A stretch of DNA of 64,000 bases, from assembly GCF_964355755.1 (NCBI RefSeq), contig NC_092671.1, forward strand, positions 5,208,001 to 5,272,000, written 5' to 3'. Below, piece after piece: positions 51,252 to 62,838 of this stretch (positions are counted from its first letter, which is position 1; every line of letters starts with the position of its first letter). Under the pieces are notes generated by a model that was not told the DNA's origin, did no database searches, and was given only the letters and a program-made list of their open reading frames with translations. Both the position numbers and the translations under genes were made by a program. Source of the stretch: Antedon mediterranea. Lineage: Eukaryota; Animalia; Echinodermata.

Positions 51252-54200
51252 CTGCAGAAGATCGAGAAAATTCAACACAAAAATAATGAAGAGTGAAGTA
51301 AAGAGAATAAAATAAATTATTAAAAAATAAACATAGTATAGATTTAGCATAAACAACACAAGAACATTTTGTAAATATTAATATCATATTTCTGAAAAGC
51401 CATTAGGGCAGATGGAAACATTATTAGATTAATATCATTCATTTTTGTTTTAAAATTGGGAGAAAGGTATTTTTTAATGGAAATCTTGAGCCTTTATTTT
51501 AAAAAATCTGATGAAAAAATATTGCCACAAATCTTTATTTTTATATGTAATCAAAACTAAAATATACTACATTCCAATTGCATAATGCTATGGAAATTAA
51601 AATATTTAAAAAATCAATATTTAAAAAATAAAAAAATTGCCATTTTGCAGTACAAAATTGTTTTTTTTTGGAGGAGAAAGCGATAATCTAATATTTTTTC
51701 ATCTGTCCTTATGTTATTCCCCACCACCAAAATCTTTTTTCCTATTCAGCAGTAAAAATAGATATAGCATTTCCAATCAAACAGTAACACCCTTATACAA
51801 AATAATTTAAATTGTTATAATGAAATTATTTAATGTTAATTATGATTTGACAAGTGAAAATGATTTATTAGTATTGAAAAAATGATATTTATTACAAGGT
51901 GAAATTAAAAATGATTTGAATAAATGTGTAAATTAGTATTGAATGATATAGATTAATGAAAAAATTAATACAAATCAAAATAATATATAAAAAAACATTC
52001 CTAGAAAAAAAAATTTATTATAAACAAAAATACATTCAAAAATATAATTTGAAAAAATATTTAAAGATGTAGTGTCCTATACAATTGACAAAAATATTTC
52101 TAAAATTTAATTTTGTTTGAATTTTTTTAACTTAATGGCCAGTTCCTACTGAGCATAGGAATACGGACATACATAATATGTACCATGTTCAGAATATACA
52201 TAAAAAGAACAGGTTTTCAAAATTTATTCTGGTCTCAAATACTTTTTATAGGTGGAGCAATTTTTAGATTTGTTGTGACAAAGGTTAAATCATTCCAAAC
52301 ATTCTAAAAACTAGATAATTTCTTAAATAACATTTCATCCAAAATTCTCTTCAACTATTATTAAAATTGCTTTTCAGAAATCAGATATTGTGATTTGACT
52401 GATACTTCAAACCAAGCATGTTAAATTCGCATTTGTTGGAGACAATACATCAATAAATACAAATCTTACTAATATTAACCACATCTTACCATGATAGCAA
52501 GCAACCCCTGCTATTGAACACTTAAAAATGATTTTATAAAAGAGATTTAAAATGAGATTTGTTATGCTACTCTTAAGTTAATTTATTTCAAATTTATTAA
52601 TGTAAATTAATACATTAAAAAAATTAACCTACATATTAACAACATTAACATCTAAACTTAAAGTAATATTTAAAATGAAATTTTGTTTTCACAAAATGTA
52701 TCCACTGTAGTCCATATCATGTTTATGCTTTTCTATCTTTAATTTGCAATCACAGTTCAACAAATGAAATTACAGATATAGTTTACATAATTATACATTT
52801 TTTATGTAATGCATTATTTTTACTGAAAATAAAACATCCTAACATTGCAGCCATACGATTGGATACAACGTGTATTACCCTATTCATACTCACTGACCAA
52901 TATTACACATATATTTAAATATTAAAAAACACATTTTTTTCCTGAAAGTATTTAACATACTGGATTTTGTAGTTGTAATAATAGCAAGATTATTGTATTA
53001 TTTATTTTTAATATCCTTTGTAAATATTGTATTAGTTTTTTGTGATGTTTTGCAATAAGAAGATTTTTATCTCATCTGAATGTTCATGTTTCATTTAATT
53101 TGAATTTTTTTAACGTTTTTTAGTCTTTGTATACAATCTGACTTATGTCATAAATAAATATTTAAATAAATGCTCTGATCTCAGCCGCAGGACGGACACG
53201 AAATTACAAGAAATAGCGCCAATGTAATCTGCCGCCTAGCGACATAAATTTCTTGATTGTTATAAAAAAAAAAGAGTTCATGTTTTCAATCAAGTTTTGT
53301 TTCATTAAAACTAGGCTTTACCAAACTATCTAAATTTTATAATTACCAATATTTCTAAACAATTTTTAAATAAAAACTTAACTTGCAAGACTGTTTGTAA
53401 TTTAACAAGCAATTTTACTTTTCTTTAACATTATTTTTTATGAAAAGTAAACGTTGCACGATTGTTTCCGTTGAGATAATAAGTCTGCCATTTGCATTTT
53501 AATATAAATCATTGTCAAGTTCAGATATAATGTTCCAACTAAAAATAATTATTAAGTAATACTGCTATGATCCAAGTTTTCACTAAACCCGTACATCACA
53601 GAATCTTACATTTTGTGAAAATGGTTGTATTTCCATCTAATGAAATATCAATTTCAATTTTTTTAAATCTATACAGATTTAGACAAAAGATATTAATGTA
53701 CCTGGATAAGAAGTATTCTTCGGATGAATTGATAACACAATAAGACAGATTTGTGGTTAGAAGTTAATTTAGATTTATAATAGTGATTTAGTTTACCTTC
53801 AGGCCTGGCTTTTGGGCGGCTTAGTCCTGCGTCTTCCATTAATTCCAATGATAAGGCAACATTATGTACCTGGAGACATTAAAAACATTTATTCAATTTC
53901 AAGTATTTCTAGAGCAAATTATTATTAATGAAGAATATACAAATATTAATAATACTTTGAATATATTTTTGTTGGTACAAATAATAATTTTTATCAAAAA
54001 ATATTCTTTGCAACATAAGACTCTTCTTGCTAATTTATTATATATATAATGATTTATAAAGATGATAATTTATTACAATCTATACATATATAAACAAATT
54101 GAAGATTAAAATACAAATAGATTGCAGAATACCGTGATAATAAAAATTAAATTAGAAAAATGTAACCTTATTACTATTTCAATCATTAATCTCAATTTAT

Positions 54201-57200
54201 AATTTGAATTCATTTCAATAATGTGGTTTTATATGGTTCTTTTTAAATCAAATTATTAATTTATCATTTTGTTGTAAAGCTTGGTTCCCACTAGGATGTA
54301 AAGCAAGGAATTCAACCAATCACAAGCAAAAGTGGCGAATATTGAAAACCATTTGAGGATCACTTAACTGATAAATAATATTTAAACTACCAATTTTATT
54401 AAATATTGTGTGTATAATGGGCTTTATATAGAGTAACAACCGGCTCAAAACACAGTGGACTAGACATAACACAGACAATAACTTTAATGTGCTTTAAGTC
54501 GTCTTGTTGTTATATCTTAGCTAAACAGTGATCAATCGGCCACAATGGCGGAGATAGACACACTGTGATAATCCCTACTCTTTCAAAAGATAATAATAAT
54601 AATAATAGATTCCTAGAGTGAACAAGAGGCGCTTTTGAATGCACATAGTATGCGAGTATGACATGGACTTAAGCTAGATGTGTACACTGGACCTTCAGTT
54701 TTAAGTCCTTACTGACAAGAAGAGGAGCCTTAAACCTGTGCCAAGTTTATGAATACATATGCATATAGGTTGCTGTTGCTTTTACAGCCCACGAATTTCA
54801 CGTCGGCAATCGGCAATTGCCGACCTTATTGCCGACCTTAAATTGTCAGAGGACGGCAAGAGATTGCCCACCTAGAAACTAGGCTAGATCCCTCCTTTCA
54901 AGCCTCCTAGCAACAACATGGTACTTTAAGGGATCGTATCATTGAAATTTTAACAGGCATATTCACCACCATGTTGTGTTTAGTTAACAAACCATGGAAT
55001 TAAGATGATCCCTGAATTCACTCAACCATTACATCATTTTGTGTGTGAGCTGCATGCTTTCCTCCTATCAAAACCAAGCTGGCTGGGCACAGCGCTGCGC
55101 GCCACAGACCTGTGTAGGGGAATGCCCTGTTATGCCAAGCAAGCAACTATGCTCTGTGTACGGCTAGCTCCAGAACCATGATGTTCAGCAATTATCAAAT
55201 AGAATTTATCTTGTAAATTTTAGTGTTAGGTTTTTATATTTTAGTTAATTTTGCTAGTTCTTTTTGCATAACATATAGCTAGGGAGGCTAGGCCTAGATA
55301 ATAGGCCTTTAGGTTAGCAAGAGGTTAGGGCCTTGGTGAATTTTCTATTTTTAGAACTGCCGAGACTGCCGACCTTGGCGAATTTAAGGTCGGCAATTTT
55401 TTGCCGACCTTCTTTTTTCTGAATTTCGTGGGCTGCTTTTACCGCTCGGCCACTCAACTCAATGAAATTAGCCAGATGGTAACCTTATAAACATTTAAAA
55501 TCAATTACTACATTTAGAATATTAATAATCAAAATTTATATTCAGAATTGATTCATTAATTATTTAAAGCGCGACTAGATTTAATTTGAACTTAAACCAT
55601 CAAATAAATGTCATTCTTTATTCTAATAAGCCTACCTTTTGCTCAAAGGTCTCTGGGGTCATATGATAACTATACATTGGTACAAAATATCCTTCTAGTA
55701 GTCCCATCAGGAGGATGAAGTAGACACCATCGTGAAATTGCTCCTCTAGGTCAGTCACATCAAGGTTGATTTTATTCAGATGTTTATTAGCAAAGGTAAC
55801 TAACGACTGAAATTGAGAATAAAAAATTTAAAATTATTTCTAAATCTTTTTAAATTTATTTTATTTATCATAACATCTACTCTAGAAAACTAAACTAATA
55901 AATAAGCTATTCATTTTAGTATATCAAGGGAAGCAATTCATTAGGGTGGTAAATAATATAAAATAAGCACTCTAAATTGTCTACGGAAAAAAGCTTCTCA
56001 AAATCATAAAAATATTCAATGGGATGTTTGATTGAAAATCCATTACGCCACAACAGTATCATTTAGAGACTACCTGAAACATGTTTTAGAGGCAATATGG
56101 TCTTATTAAAGACATTTTAAAAAATGGAACACAAAATTGATTACTACCTAAAATAATTCTAGATATAAGTTAACATTACACTTTATTTCCCATAAATAAT
56201 ATAAAAACAAATGTAGTATTTAATCAAATGTGGTCAGTGGCGGATCAAGGAATTTGAAAATGGGGAGGAGGACTGCAGAGCATACTGTGCTAAAATTTGA
56301 CAAATGTTCCATTGTTGTTAAAAGGAGGGTGGCATACTTCCAAATTTAGTGGGTCTTTGTACATTACAGTAAATAATTTGGCCACATTTTAATGCGGGCG
56401 TAAATTAAAATCAACAAGTTTTTAAAATTTCAGATAATTAATTTTTCCAAAATGTTTGAGAATTTGGGAAAACTATGTTAAATTCCATTGATAAGACTCC
56501 CTCTGTATATATCATTTCAAATAATAAAATAAAGGAATACTTCTATTCCTCTTACCTTTCTGACAATAATAAGCTTGTCAGGGGCATGTGAAAATAAGGT
56601 ATCAAAAGCGTCTCGCTCTAAAATAAAAAAAAAAAACTATTAAATTTCTATCCTTTCTCATTAATGCATTGATTTTGCAAAAAGATGAGACGCATTTATA
56701 TAAATTGAAAAGATGTAATAATAATAAATATGTATGTGATTTTCTATATATATATCTTGGTAATTGGAAAAGCACTTAACTTAAATAAGAACGAAATAGT
56801 TTACAAATCGATGGTAATTGTTATTAATATGAATTGATATTTTACATTCTTTTAACAGTGTCCTCATATTCAACTTTATACTTTAATATAAAGTTTTGCA
56901 AAACCAAAACTGAATTTAAATGTTATTAAAGGATAGGAATTAGGCTCTCTACGGGCCCATGGCAGTGTCCTCTACAGACCCTCGGCAGTCACAGGGGTGT
57001 GCCCACCATAATCAGCGCACCAACTGTGTCATCAGATTCAACTTTATGGTTAATAAAAAGTTTTGCAAAACCAAAACTGCATTGAATGTTATTAAAGTAA
57101 ATACGAATTAGGCCCTCTACATGCACATGGCGGCGTCCTCTACAGACACTCGGCAGTCACAGTGCAGTGCCCACCATAAACAGTGCACTGCCTTATTGAA

Positions 57201-60200
57201 TAGTGGAACAGGTTCTATATTGTCCACATGTACATTATGTACAAAAGACCAACAACTTGTTGTCTATTGTGAAGGATGAGGAAATATAGAAGCAATTTGG
57301 CATAGATACGTCTTGAACCTATGCTTCCCCTTCATTAAACCATATCACACTCTGTCTCTTAAGATGGCAGAATGTATTACAGGAATGTGAGAGAAGACTT
57401 CATTAGGTTATCTCCACTAAGTTATTGTTATGTTTAAATTGAGATGAAACAAAATAATTAAATTAAATTACCAAAATTTCCTCCAATTGCTCTGAAATAA
57501 ATAAGAATGAACCACAATGTAAACAAAGCCATGAAAACCTACCATATTATATTCAAAATAAAAATGATAATGATTTTATATTTTTATAAATGTAAAATTA
57601 TAATTGTATGTTTAAACATACTCTGCACTGTGTCATAAAAAAACACAAATTAAAGTAAAAATTTTGAAAGAATTTTTTTTTACTGTCACCTGTTTTCTCA
57701 TTTTTTATCTTATAAACAATAAATAAATAAACAATCCAGCTAACACTAATAGTGACAGCTGCTAAATCATAGAAGTACATTGCTGGTACGGTATAAATAA
57801 ATTAATATTAAATGAAAGAATGGAACTAAATTTAAAGCAAATTACCTGAATGTACATTTGTGTATCAATTACTAAATTTATTGAATAAAAATAAATTATG
57901 CAACAAAAAATATAACTTACTCATTTGCCTTTGTGATTGTTTCTGACACTTTTTTGGAAACCAGAACATTATCTTTTTTCTAAGGAAAAAAAATGATTTT
58001 AAAAATAAAGCAAAGAATGAGTGATAGCGCCCTCACTGGTTTATACAAAATATGATATACTGTATAATAAAGAAGACAACAAGAACGTTATATTTTTTCT
58101 AAAGTTCTGTCTACACTATCAAACTAGTTTGACGAAAAAAAGTGTGCCCAAATATGATAGTGATATGACCAAATATGGTAGTGATATGACATAATCGTAC
58201 ACATTTTTTTGTCAGACAAGTGTAAGACAGAGCTATAAAATTTGATTTAAAGAAAATCTTTGGACAAAGGACAACAAAGGAATGATTAATAGCGCCCTCA
58301 ATGTTTTATACAAAATATGATTTAGATAAAATAATAACTACCTGAATAACAACTACACTGACGGAAACATCTTCTGGAATTTTGATAGGTGCCTTGAAGT
58401 GGAAGGCAAGAGAAACCAGCAGATGGAGTATGGATACAAGATTCTTAGAATGAATACCTGCAAAGAGAGCAAGGGAGAGATAAGATAACGTAAAGTTCTG
58501 TCTACACTATCAAACTTTATGCAACAAAAAAATGTGATGTGCCCATATATGGACATGATGATGTCATATCACTACAACATTTGGGCATATCACTACCATA
58601 TATGGTACTGCATAGTTTTATAGGCATAGCAGGTGAGTCTGTTATACCATGGGCTTCATGATATGTCAAGCCTGATAAGCCGGATAATAAATCACAAAAC
58701 GGTGGAAAACATTAGTTACTTGCGTATGTGCAATAGAGATCAAATTAATATGAAACGCAGTGTGACACACAGATAATAGATAAACGAGAAAAATACATCC
58801 TTTTAAAGGCAAGGAGATTCGACTAACATAAACCAAAGGGGTCCAGCCAGGCCGGGCATGACACCACCTCCCCAAAACACCCAACAACATACGGCTATAC
58901 TGCGTTGAAACATTGATTCTTGACAGATCATCGAAGTTAAGCAACGTTGGGCCCGGTCGTGTTTTGGATGGGAGACCATCTAGAAATAGCGGCGGATGCT
59001 GTATATAGGATCGGAGAGTGATGGTGTAATGATAATATCAGACTAGCATGTGATAGGGATGGATTCGAGGTTATCTGTATCATACTAATAGTAATTGCAT
59101 CATTATTACTCATTGCCTTACATGAGGGTCCTAAATGATCAGCAAGTGCTGGATGTATCACCCTCATTAAATATGGTAAAAAAAAAACAAACTCTTACTG
59201 TCTACACTCCATTTTTGTTGCTTTTGATTGCCTCCTAACTTGTCTACAGCATCTAATACCATTTGAAGTTTTTGTTTCTGGAACACCGTAGACTGCATCA
59301 CCTCACGCACCTCAAATTTACTTCCAGTTAATTTTTCTATTAGAAATACAAATTCATTAAATGGTTATAAGTTAAAATTAAACATTAGATAGTACATAAA
59401 TGGGAGATAAAATGTAAAAATTGTATCTAGGTAGAACAAACACATTTGAACATTGATAAGTAAATGTTACAATTAAATTTATAAAGACTTACCATATAAA
59501 TTTCCTAAAATCTGACCATCAAACAGATCCTCTTCTAGATCCCTCACTATAATTCTCTGCTCTTTTAACTCCACATTTATCCAGTCAATCAGAACCTGAA
59601 ATTACAAACAAAGGGAACCTTTATTGTCTTTTAAAGATAAATTGAAAAAAAAAACTGGCAAGATCACTCTTAAATATTTGCAAAGGTGGCACATTTACGG
59701 AGTACATTTTCGGATGTAGGAAATAATGGGGTAAAATTAAAAGCAATCATCCCTAGCCTGTTTACTAGCCCTTTTCTGTCACCTTTTTAAAGCATAATGC
59801 AATTTGTTGTATACAAATGTTCCATTTGGTTTATATTTGAGGGAGCTACTGGGTTAAAAAGGCATGCATTGACTTGACAACCACCCTCACTAGATAACTT
59901 GTGTAGTTGCTCAATATTTAGCGCCCTCTAACATGACATTAAATATTTTATATCACCTCTTTTAGTTCTTTCAGTTTAGAATTTTCCCTGGAAGAGTTTT
60001 CAATCATAGAGATTTCTTGTCCTTCCTCTGTGGAGATAGAATAAACATTATAATTATGGCGGATATCAATAGTTTTTATTTATTTATTTTAATTTTTATA
60101 TCACTTTCAATGAAAGTTACTTTGTGGCGCTATAGTATCTTTGCTATCAATAAAACTACATTTTTTATACCTAAATTAAAATTTTCAGGAGTAATATCTA

Positions 60201-62838
60201 GCAGCATTCCTGGCGATTCTAAGGCATATCGACCTTCTTCCGTCAGGTCATCAACTGGAAAAGAAAAATGAATATTGTTAGTTTGATTCATAGCATTGTT
60301 TTATTTAAAATATTAATTGTTTTTATTTCAATTTATAATTAATGTTTTCTATTCATATTATAATGAAGACTCATTCTACTACCAGAACCATGAAGCGATT
60401 GAACCTGGGACCCTTGTCAATATTATATGGATAACAATTCTACTGTCTTAATGCTCAGCCACTCACTTGCTTGCTTGATAAGAGGAAAAATGATATATTG
60501 ATGATAGAGGGAGGAAAAGTAAGTAAGGTGCAAAAAAATTTTTGGATGCGCATATTTTGTTGTCAAACAAAATTATAACTATTTTGTTGTTTGGTTTATC
60601 ATTTACATTGATGTCAAATATCATGAATATTACCTTGGCTTGTTTATCCAATAAATGTTGTTTTTAAATATATAATATAAATATTAACACAGTAATTCAT
60701 ATCTCATATTAATTTAGCATAAAATAAATATTTCATAATATCTGAATATAGTATACTAGAGCCTACTAGGCAGCAGCTAACTGGCCATGGAAAATATAGG
60801 CTTAAATAAGTGAATTCTGCCTTTTCAGTCATGCATCCCAAATCTAATCAATTTGAATTTCATAACAAATCATTGTCCTGTCAGATCAAGTGGCCCAATA
60901 ATTTGACATTACTACACTTTGTTTACATACAATCACTCTATGCTGTTTGTTAATAGGGAACCTTCGGCGCTAATGCAGTTTCGTACCCACCCCTTAAAAT
61001 TACTCAAAATCTTCATCCAACCTACTCACGAGTTGTCTACAACATTCTGCAATCATAAAATTGTAAAAAATCGATAATTTTTTATTTAAAACTATTTTTA
61101 ATCAATTAATACTGAGCACCCTTCGGAAATACATCGCCAGCTTAGCTTCGCGAAAATCATCGCTAGGCCTGCCGATAAAAGTACGGAGGCCTCACAGGAC
61201 ATTAACTCTATTAATAGAGTAAACAGTTGCGTTCTATAGAGGGCGTAGTTACTAGCATTTAAAGCACGCGCCAAATAATTATAATTTTCATTTCCGACAT
61301 GCGTTTCGTATTTTTAATAAAGAAAATAAATACTATACAATTGCTGTATTCATCATTGTGGGTATCATCATAATTATGTTATGTTTTTAATTTGTTCTTT
61401 CATTTTACTAGTAGAATTTCACACAGAAAAGAAGATAAATATGGAACTGCTGACTCTTGAAGATATAAGTACTGACCAATTTTCCTCTGTTTTATTTTAT
61501 TTTACATTATGGTTTGTAAGTCAAATAAATAAATGAAATGAATAAAAAGAATTACAGTACTTCATTCCTGAGTTACATTGTTAATGTTATAACACAATAA
61601 TCAAGCTATGACGAATTAATTGTTTTAGTATTTGTTATCACTAGCTATACTAGAAACGCTAATGGTTTCCCTGTTTTAAGATTTTATAGAAGTATATTAT
61701 TGTTAATTAACATTTTTTATTCACCTATGAAAGACCTCTTCAAATACATGGAAATAGGAAATGCAACAAAAACAGAAAGAGAACAAAAACAGAAAGATAT
61801 AATTTATTGAAATGTAATGTACAGTAATACAATAATTATAATAAAAATGTTTTCCATCAATTAATTACTAGAATTTATTTTACTTCTGCTGACACTGAAT
61901 ACATCATTTCATGTCTTTCATTTCTTCTTTTTTATCTTCTTTCCTGTTGTGTTTATTAAAATAAAATCAAATAAAACATTAAATAATGAAGCAACTATTC
62001 ATTAATTTATTTCAACAATATTTTATGAGGGTGGTCCATCCAGCTGAAGCTGATCATTAGGGACCCTTACAAAAAATATAATTTGACAAGACAATAACAC
62101 ACAACATTCAAAATAAATAGAATTTCTAAAAATTAACAACATAATTAAACACAAAATATTTCTTTATGAAAAAAACTTAAAATCCGTTTCACGAGGAACA
62201 TGTAAAAAATATTTTATTATCGCCATAATATCATAACAGCGTCCTCTATAGATCGATGCCCTATGAGGCCTCCGTACTTTCATCGGCAGGCCTAGCGATG
62301 ATTTTCGCGAAGCTAAGCTGGCGATGGATTTCTGAAGGGTGCTCAATTATTATTTAATTGATTAAAAATAGTTATAAATAAGAAATTATCGATATTTTAC
62401 CATTTTATGCTTGCTGAATGCTGTAGACAACTCGTGAGTAGGCTAGATGAAGTATTGAAATCATTTTGAGTAATTTTAAGGGGTGGGTACGAAACTGCAT
62501 TAGCGCCGAACCTTCTATATAAATTATAAGCATGCAAATAAAAGAATGTTCTGATGAGTCAGTATGCTAAAATAACTAATTGACAGGCACTCGACACTGT
62601 ACTACTACTAGAATACCTCCAAAACACGGTAAACCCAAATCACAACAGCTCAAGGGGAGTGTCCTCTAAAACTATATTTAAGCAACTTTTCTACAATGAA
62701 CAGTACACAAAAATGGTATCAACCTTCTCTGTTGTCTTTTTCCTTTTTCCTACGCCCTAATGTTGTGACCATGTTGAGAAAAGACTCATCTTTTTTGTCC
62801 TTTTTCGGAGTGGTAGCCTTGGTTGGAGAGGTAGCCAT
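51166..62838 (-). CDS. PARVA: Parvin (alpha/beta-parvin-like, ILK-PINCH-parvin complex, two CH domains), complete 12-exon CDS, 365 aa
   Basis: Exons 62838-62724, 60254-60171, 60027-59957, 59595-59493, 59336-59199, 58457-58342, 57979-57921, 57491-57472, 56617-56556, 55806-55636, 53869-53797, 51251-51166. All are GT-AG and phase-consistent, total 1098 nt. Likely a single invertebrate co-ortholog of PARVA/B/G. Confidence 0.95.
53797..53869 (-). CDS. PARVA: Parvin exon 11 (VHNVALSLELMEDAGLSRPKARPE)
   Basis: 73 nt, AG/GT bounded, CH2 motif. Confidence 0.93.
54435..55460 (-). mobile_element. Probable tRNA-derived SINE interrupted by a DNA element
   Basis: Minus-strand head gagttgagtggccgagcggtaaaag (A-box-like) at 55460-55436; body resumes left of 54785 (taaggacttaaaactgaaggtcc..., aaagagtaggg). 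Confidence 0.45.
54785..55435. mobile_element. Non-autonomous TIR element (hAT-like)
   Basis: TIR cagcccacgaa(t/a)ttca, subterminal ggcaa/ttgccgacc repeats, target duplication ctttta (6 bp) or gcttttac (8 bp) depending on the boundary. Confidence 0.8.
55636..55806 (-). CDS. PARVA: Parvin exon 10 (SLVTFANKHLNKINLDVTDLEEQFHDGVYFILLMGLLEGYFVPMYSYHMTPETFEQK)
   Basis: 171 nt, highly conserved CH2 sequence. Confidence 0.96.
56556..56617 (-). CDS. PARVA: Parvin exon 9 (ERDAFDTLFSHAPDKLIIVRK)
   Basis: 62 nt, RDAFDTLF.HAPDKL motif. Confidence 0.95.
56868..57188. repeat. ~168-bp tandem duplication in a parvin intron
   Basis: attcaactttat...aagttttgcaaaaccaaaactg...gtcctctacagac..tcggcagtcacag...gtgcccaccataa occurs twice. 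Confidence 0.85.
57472..57491 (-). CDS. PARVA: Parvin exon 8, 20-nt microexon (EAIGGNFE)
   Basis: ttatttcag|AGCAATTGGAGGAAATTTTG|gtaatt restores the phase between exons 7 and 9. Confidence 0.85.
57921..57979 (-). CDS. PARVA: Parvin exon 7 (KKDNVLVSKKVSETITKAN)
   Basis: 59 nt, ccttag / gtaagt. Confidence 0.88.
58100..58236. mobile_element. AGCTCTGTCTACACT MITE copy (another truncated copy at ~58491-58610)
   Basis: aaagttctgtctacactatcaaact...gtgtaagacagagct. Confidence 0.7.
58342..58457 (-). CDS. PARVA: Parvin exon 6 (SIHSKNLVSILHLLVSLAFHFKAPIKIPEDVSVSVVVIQ)
   Basis: 116 nt, end of CH1. Confidence 0.94.
58887..59190 (+). mobile_element. 5S rRNA-derived SINE (SINE3-like) or processed 5S pseudogene with LINE-like tail
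   Basis: 58887-59003 tacggctatactgcgttgaaa...gatcatcgaagttaagcaacgttgggcccggt...tggatgggagacc...gatgctgta is a diverged 5S rRNA. It is followed by ~170 nt of unrelated body and an A-rich end. Confidence 0.8.
59199..59336 (-). CDS. PARVA: Parvin exon 5 (EKLTGSKFEVREVMQSTVFQKQKLQMVLDAVDKLGGNQKQQKWSVD)
   Basis: 138 nt, QKQKLQ.VL and KWSVD motifs. Confidence 0.94.
59493..59595 (-). CDS. PARVA: Parvin exon 4 (VLIDWINVELKEQRIIVRDLEEDLFDGQILGNLY)
   Basis: 103 nt, start of CH1. Confidence 0.95.
59957..60027 (-). CDS. PARVA: Parvin exon 3 (EEGQEISMIENSSRENSKLKELKE)
   Basis: 71 nt, ccacag / gtgata. Confidence 0.9.
60171..60254 (-). CDS. PARVA: Parvin exon 2 (VDDLTEEGRYALESPGMLLDITPENFNL)
   Basis: 84 nt, ttccag / gtataa. 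Confidence 0.88.
60966..62507. mobile_element. Non-autonomous Merlin-type DNA transposon with ~270-bp TIRs
   Basis: Termini GGCGCTAATGCAGTTTCGTACCCACCCCTTAAAATTACTCAAAAT inverted at both ends; 8-bp TSD GAACCTTC at 60958-60965 and 62508-62515. Confidence 0.85.
62015..62165 (-). mobile_element. LINE-like 3' tail fragment inside the Merlin-type element
   Basis: rc: ...tgtaagggtccctaatgatcagcttcagctggatggaccaccctcataaaata, homologous to the tail of the 5S-SINE at 59125-59173. Confidence 0.55.
62724..62838 (-). CDS. PARVA: Parvin exon 1 (MATSPTKATTPKKDKKDESFLNMVTTLGRRKKEKDNRE)
   Basis: Resembles the parvin N-terminus MATSP...KKD.SFL....TL.RRKK; phase-1 donor G|gttgat. Confidence 0.92.

Noticed and set aside
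52130-52520. Degraded LINE ORF2 C-terminal remnant on the minus strand (SKNCSTYK...)
   Set aside because: Too decayed to assign by eye.
56940-57215. Intronic snoRNA or miRNA pair in the duplicated GC-richer block
   Set aside because: No convincing C/D or H/ACA boxes or long stem; kept only as a tandem duplication.
57846-57871. Alternative parvin micro-exon (ag|TAATTG...TTCAG|gtaat)
   Set aside because: It introduces an in-frame TGA and needs a ~49-nt intron; the 57472-57491 exon fits instead.
58887-59003. Functional 5S rRNA gene
   Set aside because: Many substitutions, no oligo-T terminator, single intronic copy with a retro-tail; called a SINE or pseudogene instead.
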